Positions 55,825 through 64,000 of a stretch of DNA of 64,000 nucleotides are shown here, in pieces. Under the pieces are notes generated by a model. It did not search any database. It was given only the letters and a program-made list of their open reading frames with translations, and was not told the DNA's origin. The first letter of the stretch is position 1, and each line of letters opens with the position of its first letter. A program made the position numbers and the translations under genes. The stretch comes from Candidatus Babelota bacterium (lineage in GTDB: Bacteria; Babelota; Babeliae; Babelales; JAHIUU01). The stretch is from assembly GCA_018817025.1 (NCBI GenBank), contig JAHIUU010000006.1, positions 6,831-70,830 of the forward strand, in the 5' to 3' direction.

Positions 55825-57571
55825 TTCCCAATTCTTTAAGCTGCTTTTTATCAACCTGTGATGGGCTCTGTGTCATCAGGCATGAACCGGTCGTTGTCTT
55901 TGGAAACGCAATAACGTCACGTATAGAATCTGTTTTCGCCAGCGCCATAACCAATCGCTCTATCCCAAGCGCGATGCCACCATGCGGCGGAAACCCGTAC
56001 TGTTGAGCCTCAAGCAAGAAACCAAACTTGTCCTGTGCTTCTTTTTCAGAAATCCCCAATAACTTAAATATTTTTTTCTGTGTAGCAGGATCATAAATAC
56101 GAAGCGATCCACCAGCCAACTCCTCGCCATTACAAACTAAGTCATATGCATGCGCTTTGATCTTAGCAATCTCCTGGTTCTCCCATCCCTTCCTTGGCAG
56201 CGTAAACGGGTGATGCTTCGCATACCAACGCTTATCTGCTTCGTACCACTCCAATAATGGAAAATCGGTCACCCACAAAAAATTATATTTTGACTCGTCA
56301 ATCAGATTGAACGCTTTACCGAGCGCATTGCGTAGTCGACCAAGCGCGGTCCATGCCGCTTGATATGAACCAGCAACAATAAAAAGTGTATCGCCTGGCG
56401 CAATGGTTGGGATAACATCACGAATCTGTTTAAAAAAATCTTCTGGCAAAAGCTTGGAGACAGGCGAATCAAACGATCCGTCCTGCTTAAACGATACCCA
56501 CAACAACCCGCTCGCACCAAAATACTTTTTTGCCTTTTCCTCCCAGCCCTTAAGAGCTGACCGAGAGAATGCTTGATCCTTAACACACAGTGCGCCAATC
56601 TTCCCATTGTCATCAATAACTTTTTTTAAAAACCTGGCATCTGTATTTTCGAAAACAATCGTAATATCTTGAATCTCAAGATCAAATCGCGTGTCAGGCT
56701 TGTCTGAACCAAACCGTGCAAACGCTTCCTCATACTTCATATGTGAAAATGGCAATCTTATTGTTTCACCAAAAACCCGTCTCCACACAGTCTCAACAAC
56801 ACCTTCCATGACACTTTGTACGTCATCCTCATGCACGAACGACATTTCTAAATCAAGCTGGGAAAATTCTGGTTGGCGATTGGACCGAAAATCCTCGTCT
56901 CGAAAACAACGAGCAATCTGGAAATATTTCTCCATGCCGGCGGACATCAAAAGCTGTTTATAAATCTGTGGCGATTGAGGCAAAGCATAAAACGACTCTT
57001 TTTGTAATCGTGATGGAACCAAAAAGTCTCGTGCTCCTTCAGGCGTGCTCTTTGAAAGCAGCGGCGTCTCAATCTCATAAAACTCAAGCTTATTCAGATA
57101 CTCTCGTACCGAAAGAATTACTTCATGACGAAGTTTTATATATTGATGCATCTTGGGTCGGCGTAGGTCGAGATAACGATATTTGAGACGTAAATCTTCG
57201 CACGCCTGTACATCATCTTCAATCTCGAACGGCGGCGTTGGCGAGCTGCTCACAATCGACAAATCAAGAATCGATACTTCAAACGAACCGGTTAATATCT
57301 TTTTGTTAATCGACTCAGGTGACCGCTCGACAACCGTTCCACGAACGGAGATAACAAACTCACTACGAAGCGTATGTGCTTGCTCTGCAAGCTGCTTGTT
57401 CTTCTCAGGATTGAAAACAAGCTGAATGATCCCACTTCGATCTCGCAGATCAATAAAAATAAGGCCGCCTAAATCTCGACGGCCTTGCACCCAGCCACAT
57501 AAAAATATTTCTTTACCAACAAAATCCTGTGACACGTGACCACAATATACTGAGCGTTTAAATAGTTCCAT
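55814..57571 (-). CDS. aspS: Aspartate--tRNA ligase
   Basis: 585 aa, bacterial type with the insertion domain. Motifs FRDEDFRSNRQPEFSQLDLE and GGIALGIERL are present. Confidence 0.95.
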   Translation of the reverse strand: MELFKRSVYCGHVSQDFVGKEIFLCGWVQGRRDLGGLIFIDLRDRSGIIQLVFNPEKNKQLAEQAHTLRSEFVISVRGTVVERSPESINKKILTGSFEVSILDLSIVSSSPTPPFEIEDDVQACEDLRLKYRYLDLRRPKMHQYIKLRHEVILSVREYLNKLEFYEIETPLLSKSTPEGARDFLVPSRLQKESFYALPQSPQIYKQLLMSAGMEKYFQIARCFRDEDFRSNRQPEFSQLDLEMSFVHEDDVQSVMEGVVETVWRRVFGETIRLPFSHMKYEEAFARFGSDKPDTRFDLEIQDITIVFENTDARFLKKVIDDNGKIGALCVKDQAFSRSALKGWEEKAKKYFGASGLLWVSFKQDGSFDSPVSKLLPEDFFKQIRDVIPTIAPGDTLFIVAGSYQAAWTALGRLRNALGKAFNLIDESKYNFLWVTDFPLLEWYEADKRWYAKHHPFTLPRKGWENQEIAKIKAHAYDLVCNGEELAGGSLRIYDPATQKKIFKLLGISEKEAQDKFGFLLEAQQYGFPPHGGIALGIERLVMALAKTDSIRDVIAFPKTTTGSCLMTQSPSQVDKKQLKELGIKI

Positions 57572-57610
57572 GAATTTCGCCTTTCTCTTTAAACTCCATT
57601 ATATCATGTT

Positions 57611-57648
57611 AAAAAAAAAGGGCCGCCCTTGAAAGAGCGGCCCTTTTT
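57611..57648 (-). terminator. Rho-independent terminator downstream of the 57660 OMP gene
   Basis: GGGCCGC-(10-nt loop)-GCGGCCC. It is flanked by A9 on the + strand (U9 for the minus-strand transcript) and by T5 on the other side. Confidence 0.7.
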
Positions 57649-57659
57649 AATCTCGGCTT

Positions 57660-59675
57660 TTAGAACTTGTATTCAAGCACCGCTTGCGCATAGTACGCAA
57701 CGTCATCACCAAGTCGGTATTTTGATGAAGGAAGATCAGCTTTATCAGCCTCTTCAAGCTTGTTAAAGACATCGCCCTTCAAAGGAACACCCTTGATGTC
57801 CTCGTAGTATGAACCAGGGAAAAAGACCGCGAAGAAACTCTTAATCGAAAGATCCTTCAAAATATCATACTGTGTGATCAAGTTGAACTCAGTTCCCATG
57901 AACTTACGAGCTTTCAAGCACTCAGAAACACCGCCTTCACCTTCATTAAGCGAGCAATCATACTTATTTGACTCATGCTCCTTCCAAAAGAACAACAGGT
58001 TTGAGTTAATCTTGAAGTTATTTTCTTCCCATCTCTTTGGCTCCCAGGTCAAACCAAACCCGAAATGATGCATATCGGTAAATGATGGATCTGATTGCGC
58101 TTCGGTTTCGTTTTGATCTAATGTCAAAGGACGTCTGATCTTGCGAGCATCAAGAATGAAGATACTAGGAACTCGTTTGCCAGAGTATAATTCATACAGA
58201 CCAACAAAACCCTTGTAGTTCTTGTCACACTCAGTCGCATGAGGATTCTTGTCACCAGATGCGAAGCCATATGCAGCGGCAGCCTTAAGGTCTATGCAAT
58301 CAATCAGGTAAGATGCGTCAGCAACAAACATCCAACCACGATAATTGTTTTTGTATGAACAACGATATCGGTCAGCTGCATTTTTAAAACTGTCAACAGC
58401 CCCACCAATAAGCGCCCCTGCTTCACTTGGAGCCCACACTTTATCGTTGTACGAAGAACCACACTGAGCGTTACGATTGTTAATAAGAGAGGTCTCTGTA
58501 TCTGTACCCACGACAACATTTTTGCCGTTGTATTGGGTGGTAGCATCAGGATTTTTTACATAGGTCACATGACTGTACACTTCACGAACAGACTCTAGAG
58601 GCTCTGTGCCATACTTCTCGTTTTTCAAAACAACTCTGTTTCGATCGATTGCGAAAAGTCTTTCGTGACCGTAGTTAACTGCTGCCTCTGCACCAAACTC
58701 AAAGTTCTTTCTTGCGTACTCTAAACCTGCACCAACTGCGCCAAGCATGCTCTTGCTATCGGCATTCATCTCAACCTTTTGGTCGGATGCTTCGTTGTAC
58801 ATGACATACGGTTCCAACTCCAGGGTTCCATACTTTTCGTCTTCAAGAGGCTTGAACTTCAAACGGGCGGCAAACACATCGCTGTCTTTCGCAACACCTG
58901 ACCATGGTGTTCGTCGTCGGCCCAAAACTTTTTCTTTATTTGAGTTGAACACATCACTGAACGTTGCACTCTTGTCTTCGAACTTTGCATAGTAAAGATC
59001 ATACCAGAGGGTATCTTTGACAATTTCACCATTTATTAAAATTCCTGGAGCTGAGTAGTCGGTATCTCTGCTATAGATAGCAAGGAAGCTAGGCGAAACT
59101 AATCCGTAAAACGGACCAAACGCGATACCGCGACCAAGCTGAAATGGGAACATCCCCAGTTTAACCGTGTGGACTTTTTCTGATTCAATGTCAAAAACTG
59201 CATTCAAACTTGCTTTGATCCAAGCGTTTTTAATCCAAACGAGAGGCCGCGTAATTGCATGGCAGTGTTCACCGAGCGCTGCATCAACAACCTTGAACTC
59301 GTCATTCGTTTCTGTTCTTGCTTGATGCCCAATCTTTCCCCAGATTGTCTTGAATCGAAGATCTGTTCCAAGTTCAATTGCTTTGTGCCCAAACTTTTTC
59401 TCTCCGTATGCAAAACCCAAGTCCAAATCAACAGTCTCTCTAAAATGACTGGTCTCATCCGGAAGACACTTGTTGAGCATGACCGCATTTTTTTGGAAAC
59501 GATGTTCCGTAACCGATTTACCCCCGAATGTCCAAACCGTATCACCACGACGAACGGTTAACGCTTGCTTCTCCCCCGCTTCGACCGCCTTCATCTCCCC
59601 TGCTCCAACCGGAGCTCCCGCAAAAGCCACTCCGCTCAAACCAAGCGCAACAACAAAACCGATGGTTTTTCTCAT
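57660..59675 (-). CDS. Large hypothetical outer-membrane beta-barrel protein
   Basis: Signal peptide MRKTIGFVVALGLSGVAFA; the ATG at 59675 lies 6 nt after AGGAG, and the track start is 6 nt upstream. The sequence is rich in alternating aromatic strands. The C-terminal ...AVLEYKF ends in Phe. Confidence 0.45.
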   Translation of the reverse strand: MRKTIGFVVALGLSGVAFAGAPVGAGEMKAVEAGEKQALTVRRGDTVWTFGGKSVTEHRFQKNAVMLNKCLPDETSHFRETVDLDLGFAYGEKKFGHKAIELGTDLRFKTIWGKIGHQARTETNDEFKVVDAALGEHCHAITRPLVWIKNAWIKASLNAVFDIESEKVHTVKLGMFPFQLGRGIAFGPFYGLVSPSFLAIYSRDTDYSAPGILINGEIVKDTLWYDLYYAKFEDKSATFSDVFNSNKEKVLGRRRTPWSGVAKDSDVFAARLKFKPLEDEKYGTLELEPYVMYNEASDQKVEMNADSKSMLGAVGAGLEYARKNFEFGAEAAVNYGHERLFAIDRNRVVLKNEKYGTEPLESVREVYSHVTYVKNPDATTQYNGKNVVVGTDTETSLINNRNAQCGSSYNDKVWAPSEAGALIGGAVDSFKNAADRYRCSYKNNYRGWMFVADASYLIDCIDLKAAAAYGFASGDKNPHATECDKNYKGFVGLYELYSGKRVPSIFILDARKIRRPLTLDQNETEAQSDPSFTDMHHFGFGLTWEPKRWEENNFKINSNLLFFWKEHESNKYDCSLNEGEGGVSECLKARKFMGTEFNLITQYDILKDLSIKSFFAVFFPGSYYEDIKGVPLKGDVFNKLEEADKADLPSSKYRLGDDVAYYAQAVLEYKF

Positions 59676-59841
59676 AATCATCTCCTACTACGTACAACAT
59701 TTATACAAACAACACAAATACGTACAACACAAAAATGCCAATTCATAACGCGAAGACTTGCATACACCGAAGGTGCAACAAAAAACAATAATTGTTTATT
59801 TTCACAGCTTTGTCAACAATAAAGCTTTATTTTCGCGATGT

Positions 59842-61053
59842 TTAAAAAACCGTTTTCGTCCACTCAAGCGGGTCAACCGGCACACCGTTAATTGTTAGCT
59901 CCCAGTGTAAATGATAGCCATTCGCGTAACCAGTCATACCAAGACGACCAACAGGCGCGCCCTTCTTAACCAGGTCACCAACTTCAATATCAGCAAAATC
60001 ATCTAAGTGGAAATATTTTGTAAAAACCCCAAGGCCATGATCCAAAACAATTGTATTGCCGGTCATTAGGTATCTATCTTTGATAATCACTTTTCCATTC
60101 TGACTTGCCCACACGACACTTTTTGGAGTATTAACAATATCAATCGCCCGATGGAGATACCGACCCTTCTCAGGTGTTATGCGAATTTCACCATACGGTG
60201 TCGAAATCCGTCTGACCACCGTCGGCTGCTCGAATGGACCGCTCCAAAGCTTGTTTTTTGGAGAATTTGAAAGCCATTTTTCTAGCGCCTCCGATAAAAT
60301 TTTGTTGTTCATACTTATCTCTTTTTCATCATTAAGCTTTTCTGGTGGAACGTAAAAACCTTTTTGCTTTGGAAAACTAACCTCATTAATCTTGATAGCA
60401 TTCGCAAGCGTAACCGTATTTCCAACTTTATCAGTCACATCAAGCGACATGATATATTCATCGCTACTTTGTTCACAGTCGATTGGAATGAAACTTTCGT
60501 ATACCGTCGAGCCTTCTGTATCAGGATAGCAGTCGTACGTCTTAGAAAAAACTTTAACCTTAGCATTTACCACGGTTTTATTTACCTTAAATTTCGGGTG
60601 GAGCGTTCGCCCTTGATCAACTCTAAGTTCTTGCTGTAAAAATGCTGCTTTCAATGGAACGTTGTCAACAAAAAACTCTATCTGTTCACTGCTCCTATTC
60701 GCATTGTAACTTGAATCAACAGATTCGATTTTTAAAAGATGCCTCCCCTGACTCAACTCGGTCGTATCAAGCTCGAATGGAATCGAAAACTCTTTCGCTC
60801 GCACCGACCTCACCCCTTCAACCTCAAACGGCTTATCGTCGATTGTTATCGATACTGAAGCAATTTTATATCCGGTATTTGCGTGAATAGAACCATGCAT
60901 CGTCCCCTTGTAGACCCCTCCCTGTTCAAGCCCCTCAATCCTAACATCAGGAACAATATTGTATGTAAAATAACTGAATAACGAACTACCAACCCACAGC
61001 CCAACAAGACCTAGAAAAACAAAAACCACTGGCCGCATATATCTCTGATACAT
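59842..61053 (-). CDS. M23 (LytM-type) peptidoglycan metallo-endopeptidase
   Basis: N-terminal TM is present. The C-terminal motifs are HRAIDI...GYANGYHLHWELTINGVPVDPLEW (HxxxD and HxH of M23). Confidence 0.8.
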   Translation of the reverse strand: MYQRYMRPVVFVFLGLVGLWVGSSLFSYFTYNIVPDVRIEGLEQGGVYKGTMHGSIHANTGYKIASVSITIDDKPFEVEGVRSVRAKEFSIPFELDTTELSQGRHLLKIESVDSSYNANRSSEQIEFFVDNVPLKAAFLQQELRVDQGRTLHPKFKVNKTVVNAKVKVFSKTYDCYPDTEGSTVYESFIPIDCEQSSDEYIMSLDVTDKVGNTVTLANAIKINEVSFPKQKGFYVPPEKLNDEKEISMNNKILSEALEKWLSNSPKNKLWSGPFEQPTVVRRISTPYGEIRITPEKGRYLHRAIDIVNTPKSVVWASQNGKVIIKDRYLMTGNTIVLDHGLGVFTKYFHLDDFADIEVGDLVKKGAPVGRLGMTGYANGYHLHWELTINGVPVDPLEWTKTVF

Positions 61054-61141
61054 AACAACACACCCTTTCTTATAAAGCTTCTAAACAAGTTTAAATAATA
61101 CTTTATAACTATAGACTTTCTGCGCTGTTTTACAAGAAAAC

Positions 61142-61591
61142 CTACAGTTCTTCGTACTCTTCGCAAAAGTCTGGCAAACCAAAGAACATAAGACAGCACA
61201 TACATGGGCAACAAAATCTTTTGACCAGTTTCATCAGTCTTTTATACTCCTGTTCTTCTTCTGTTTCTTTTATCCTATACCCAACACAATTTTCTTCTGA
61301 CTGTTTTTGTCGAAGTAGAGCAAGTTGTTGATCCTCCCATTTTTTCCGAACAGCCCGGCACGGTTTGCCATCATGATCGATCTCACCCTTGACATTAACA
61401 AAAAGTATTTTTGCAGGCGTTTTCTTTTTGCTAACAACTGTTCCCCCAAGCTTCTTCCCACGCTCTTCAGGCTCGTCAAAAGATGTCTCATCACCGTTCC
61501 CACCAGCTCGCCTCTCCATTTCCATATTCATCCCAAAAACAGAAGAGTTCCCTATAAACATTCCCAGAAGCACAAAAACCAAACAAGTCAT
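61142..61591 (-). CDS. Hypothetical secreted protein with Cys-rich C-terminal tail
   Basis: The ATG at 61591 gives the signal peptide MTCLVFVLLGMFIGNSSVFG (the track start at 61606 is TTG). The tail reads ...RFCCPCMCCLMFFGLPDFCEEYEEL. Confidence 0.35.
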   Translation of the reverse strand: MTCLVFVLLGMFIGNSSVFGMNMEMERRAGGNGDETSFDEPEERGKKLGGTVVSKKKTPAKILFVNVKGEIDHDGKPCRAVRKKWEDQQLALLRQKQSEENCVGYRIKETEEEQEYKRLMKLVKRFCCPCMCCLMFFGLPDFCEEYEEL

Positions 61592-61727
61592 GACAAACCC
61601 TTTCAAATAAAAACAATGTAGCGCCTAGAAAAAACCGTTCGCCCCGAATACTTCACGCAGTGAAATGCATCGATGGGTTGTTTTTTACAAAAATATTCAC
61701 AAACAAACAGGCCTCATGTCACGTTAA

Positions 61728-61832
61728 AGAGCAAAAATTATTGGTTCTTTTGACATTTCGCTTTAGGGCTCATCGCCTTTGGCTCTTCGGCCACGCTTTC
61801 CGGTTAAGCCGTCGGCCCGTTCCGGGACTCAA
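61728..61832. other. GC-rich structured intergenic element closed by a 12-bp long-range stem
   Basis: 61728-61739 (TTATTGGTTCTT) pairs with 61821-61832 (AAGAACCAGTAG), 10 Watson-Crick plus 2 G.U pairs. The stem encloses about 80 nt of unusually GC-rich sequence with local hairpins (TGGCT-CTTC-GGCCA). The strand is undetermined. Confidence 0.3.
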
Positions 61833-61897
61833 GAACCAGTAGCGGATTTGATGAAATATCAAAAAACATAAACTCCAAACCTTATCAGGAGAAACGT

Positions 61898-63739
61898 ATG
61901 AAAAAAACAGTTTTGCTACTTACCATACTTTTCTGTAAGACCATTCATGGAGATCTTGCAACAACAAAGCTCATCATCACAAACGAGCATCTGGTGCCAG
62001 AAAAATTCGATGCCATAATTGACATGTATTATCAATCAAAGAACCCCATAAAACTCTCTTTCTCCGAATCAAATGTAAACGAGCTTCATTTGGCAAAACT
62101 CCTTCGGTTGCACGATCACATTATCTCGCTAGACTTGTCCGGCTGCAAAGCGGTAACCGATAGCAACATCGGACTCATCGCCGAAAGTTTGTTAAATCTT
62201 GAATCTCTCAACATAGCTCACACAAACATAACAGACCTATCGCTTATTGAAATATCAAAGCTAACAAAGTTAAAAAAGCTATCTATCGAACAGTGTAACA
62301 TAACCGATAAGGGTCTCGAAAATCTCACTAAACCAACAAAAACTACCTGGTTCATGGGGCTATTTTCATCGCCTGAAAAAAAACCGGCAACTAACTCACT
62401 TGAAGAACTCAACATATCAGACATTCCACAAATTACTGATAAAAGTCTTGGCTATCTAAAAGAAATTACTAATCTCAAAAAAATTCTTTTAAACGAATGT
62501 ACAAACATAACAAATCGGGGGGTTGAAAAACTGCTAAAAAACGCCACAAACCTAAGCTACCTAGATGTATCACGGTGTAAGAACATTAACGTCAAATTGT
62601 TCAAACAGGTCAGCGACACTATTAATAAAAAGATCTCAACAGAAAACAAAAAAATTTATCACAGCACCATCACTGACGAAATCGACTTTACAACAAAAAA
62701 ATTCCAGCCAAATAAAGTGATCGTCAGCCATAACACACAAAACCTCTTCACACTCATACACAATGGCTTCGACGCAACCGATGAGGGAGTCATGCAGATT
62801 CTCTCAAAAAACATCCAGTCTTTTAACGAGATCAATCTGTCTGGATGCGAACAGGTAACAAATAAAATATTTAAAATCATCACCAATTCGCTTCACACAA
62901 ATAACGTTTCTAAAAAAATATTTTCGTGTAAAACAACAACAAGAAAACTGACCTATTTCGATAAAAACGATCAAGCATTGCTGCGCATACTGCTCCCGCA
63001 GCTCGATATCGACCAAAAAGAAACAGTCACAGTCATACCCGCGATAACACACAACATAACCAACCTCCAAGTACTCACGATCCCAGCCAACCTAAAAACA
63101 AACAATAAGACCTTAGAAAAACTTTTCTCGCAAAACAAAAACCTATCTAATCTTACATTTTATCCCCTTCGTAGCGACATTAACGCTATTATCGAAGCAC
63201 TCATAAACGCTCTCGAGATTATTGAATGTGAAGTACGAGAAGATAAACTCGTGCACTCGCTTACGCTTTACAACAGAGACCAACAAAAACAAGCAACCAT
63301 CCTGATCAAGCTGCAGCCAGATGGAACAGACTTCGAAAAACTTCTTGAACAAATCACACCAGCTCTTAAAGATAACCTTGAAGCACTAAAAATACACCGC
63401 TCAGCAGAAGGCGGCTCACTCAGGCCATTAGCAAAATTTACGAATCTAAAAAAGCTAACACTCTCATACTACGCAAAGCAAGAAGGCCTTCATGAAACAA
63501 AACTAAACGACGCTGAATTCGAACCTCTCAAAACCCTCGTCAATCTAGAAGAACTCAACCTAGCCGGAACTGACATAACCGATAAAACACTTGGGCTTAT
63601 CACCGAAAATTTCAAAAAGCTTCACAAGCTTAATATAAAGAAAACAAAAATTACTGAAACGGGACTTGGCGTGTTAAAAAAACTTGAAAATCTCAAAGAT
63701 ATCAACTATAAAAACACAAATATAAAACCTGCGCCATGA
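61898..63739 (+). CDS. Secreted leucine-rich-repeat protein of the cysteine-containing (FBXL/RNI-like) LRR class
   Basis: GGAG RBS and signal peptide MKKTVLLLTILFCKTIHG are present. Repeated ~25-aa units have L-x-L-S-G-C-x-x-(I/V)-T-D-type cores (LDLSGCKAVTDSNIGLIAESLLNLESL, LSIEQCNITDKGLENL, LLNECTNITNRGVEKLL, LDVSRCKNIN, INLSGCEQVTNKIF, LNLAGTDITDKTLGLI). Confidence 0.8.
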   Translation: MKKTVLLLTILFCKTIHGDLATTKLIITNEHLVPEKFDAIIDMYYQSKNPIKLSFSESNVNELHLAKLLRLHDHIISLDLSGCKAVTDSNIGLIAESLLNLESLNIAHTNITDLSLIEISKLTKLKKLSIEQCNITDKGLENLTKPTKTTWFMGLFSSPEKKPATNSLEELNISDIPQITDKSLGYLKEITNLKKILLNECTNITNRGVEKLLKNATNLSYLDVSRCKNINVKLFKQVSDTINKKISTENKKIYHSTITDEIDFTTKKFQPNKVIVSHNTQNLFTLIHNGFDATDEGVMQILSKNIQSFNEINLSGCEQVTNKIFKIITNSLHTNNVSKKIFSCKTTTRKLTYFDKNDQALLRILLPQLDIDQKETVTVIPAITHNITNLQVLTIPANLKTNNKTLEKLFSQNKNLSNLTFYPLRSDINAIIEALINALEIIECEVREDKLVHSLTLYNRDQQKQATILIKLQPDGTDFEKLLEQITPALKDNLEALKIHRSAEGGSLRPLAKFTNLKKLTLSYYAKQEGLHETKLNDAEFEPLKTLVNLEELNLAGTDITDKTLGLITENFKKLHKLNIKKTKITETGLGVLKKLENLKDINYKNTNIKPAP

Positions 63740-63854
63740 TAAAAAGCCAGATTCATACCCAAAAACACCTTCCAGCTTTACAAACCTGCAACTTCTTTTT
63801 AAAATTTTACTTTATTGCTCATTTCTGTATCAATCTTATCTCAGGAGACTTTTC

Positions 63855-64000
63855 ATGGAACTTGTATCATATATGCTCATCTGGGGCGGCGTCGCCCTTC
63901 TCGGTCTGATCATGACCGCCGGCCTTTTCGCAAAAATCCTCAAACTAAAAGTTACCAATAAAAAAGCGGCCCATATCGCTTCGCTGATCCAAGGCGGAGC
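63855..64000 (+). CDS. hppA: Possible membrane-bound pyrophosphatase (H+/Na+-PPase), N-terminal 48 codons only
   Basis: AGGAG RBS upstream. The product starts MELVSYMLIWGGVALLGLIMTAGLFAKILKLKVTNKKAAHIASLIQGGA. The first TM followed by ...(M/A)xxIAxxIQxGA resembles the conserved N-terminus of V-PPases. Truncated by the window edge. Confidence 0.4.
   Translation, partial: MELVSYMLIWGGVALLGLIMTAGLFAKILKLKVTNKKAAHIASLIQGG

Noticed and set aside
61728-61832. Possibility that the structured element is the SRP (4.5S) RNA, RNase P RNA or tmRNA
   Set aside because: I looked on both strands for the SRP domain-IV signature (C-GGAA-G tetraloop with flanking AGCA / GGAAGCAGCC). I also looked for GAGGAAAGUCC of RNase P and for a tRNA-like 3' end. 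Only loose resemblances were found (CCGGAAAGCG on the minus strand), which is not enough to call.
61660-61842. 60-aa plus-strand ORF in the GC-rich intergenic element
   Set aside because: It has no RBS and reads as Arg/Phe-rich nonsense-like sequence. The region is better explained as a non-coding structured element.

Overview
Compact, moderately AT-rich bacterial chromosome segment with about 60 protein genes and 5 tRNAs, all with encoded CCA. I saw no rRNA, CRISPR array, transposase or integrase. Most genes are the housekeeping core of a diderm bacterium: grpE-pssA-htrA, asnS, hisS, aspS, mutL, secA, topA, typA, bamA, trxB, atpD-atpC, galE, plsC, sufC and zwf-gnd. There is also a PilC/GspF platform gene inside a tRNA cluster and a batA-E (vWA/TPR aerotolerance-type) operon. 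Many genes are translationally coupled (ATGA overlaps) or have overlapping convergent 3' ends. Between the core genes lie many orphan proteins with signal peptides, coiled coils or low-complexity regions. These include two paralogous lipase-like hydrolases, tandem PEBP paralogs and a 613-aa cysteine-containing (FBXL/RNI-type) LRR protein. This profile fits a host-associated, reduced-genome lineage. Dependentiae/TM6-like is my guess only. The most unusual stretch is the ~4.3-kb accessory insert between sufC and zwf (48.5-52.9 kb). It holds a Sec-signal protein ending in an HAxDRMxxRGI toxin-like module and split by a frame change in an A-rich tract. A small downstream ORF is a candidate immunity gene, and a start-less barnase/RNase-Sa-like fragment follows it. 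A ~35-nt repeat begins exactly on the TAG stop of two different genes, GC-rich duplicated motifs lie nearby, and a terminator-like hairpin sits inside the toxin gene's signal-peptide codons. Together this looks like a decaying polymorphic toxin/immunity/orphan-module locus. A second lead is the coupled zwf-gnd-'cyclase' operon, where a cyclase/arylformamidase-family hydrolase sits where a 6-phosphogluconolactonase would be expected. All family calls come from motifs read by eye, and no database search was possible.
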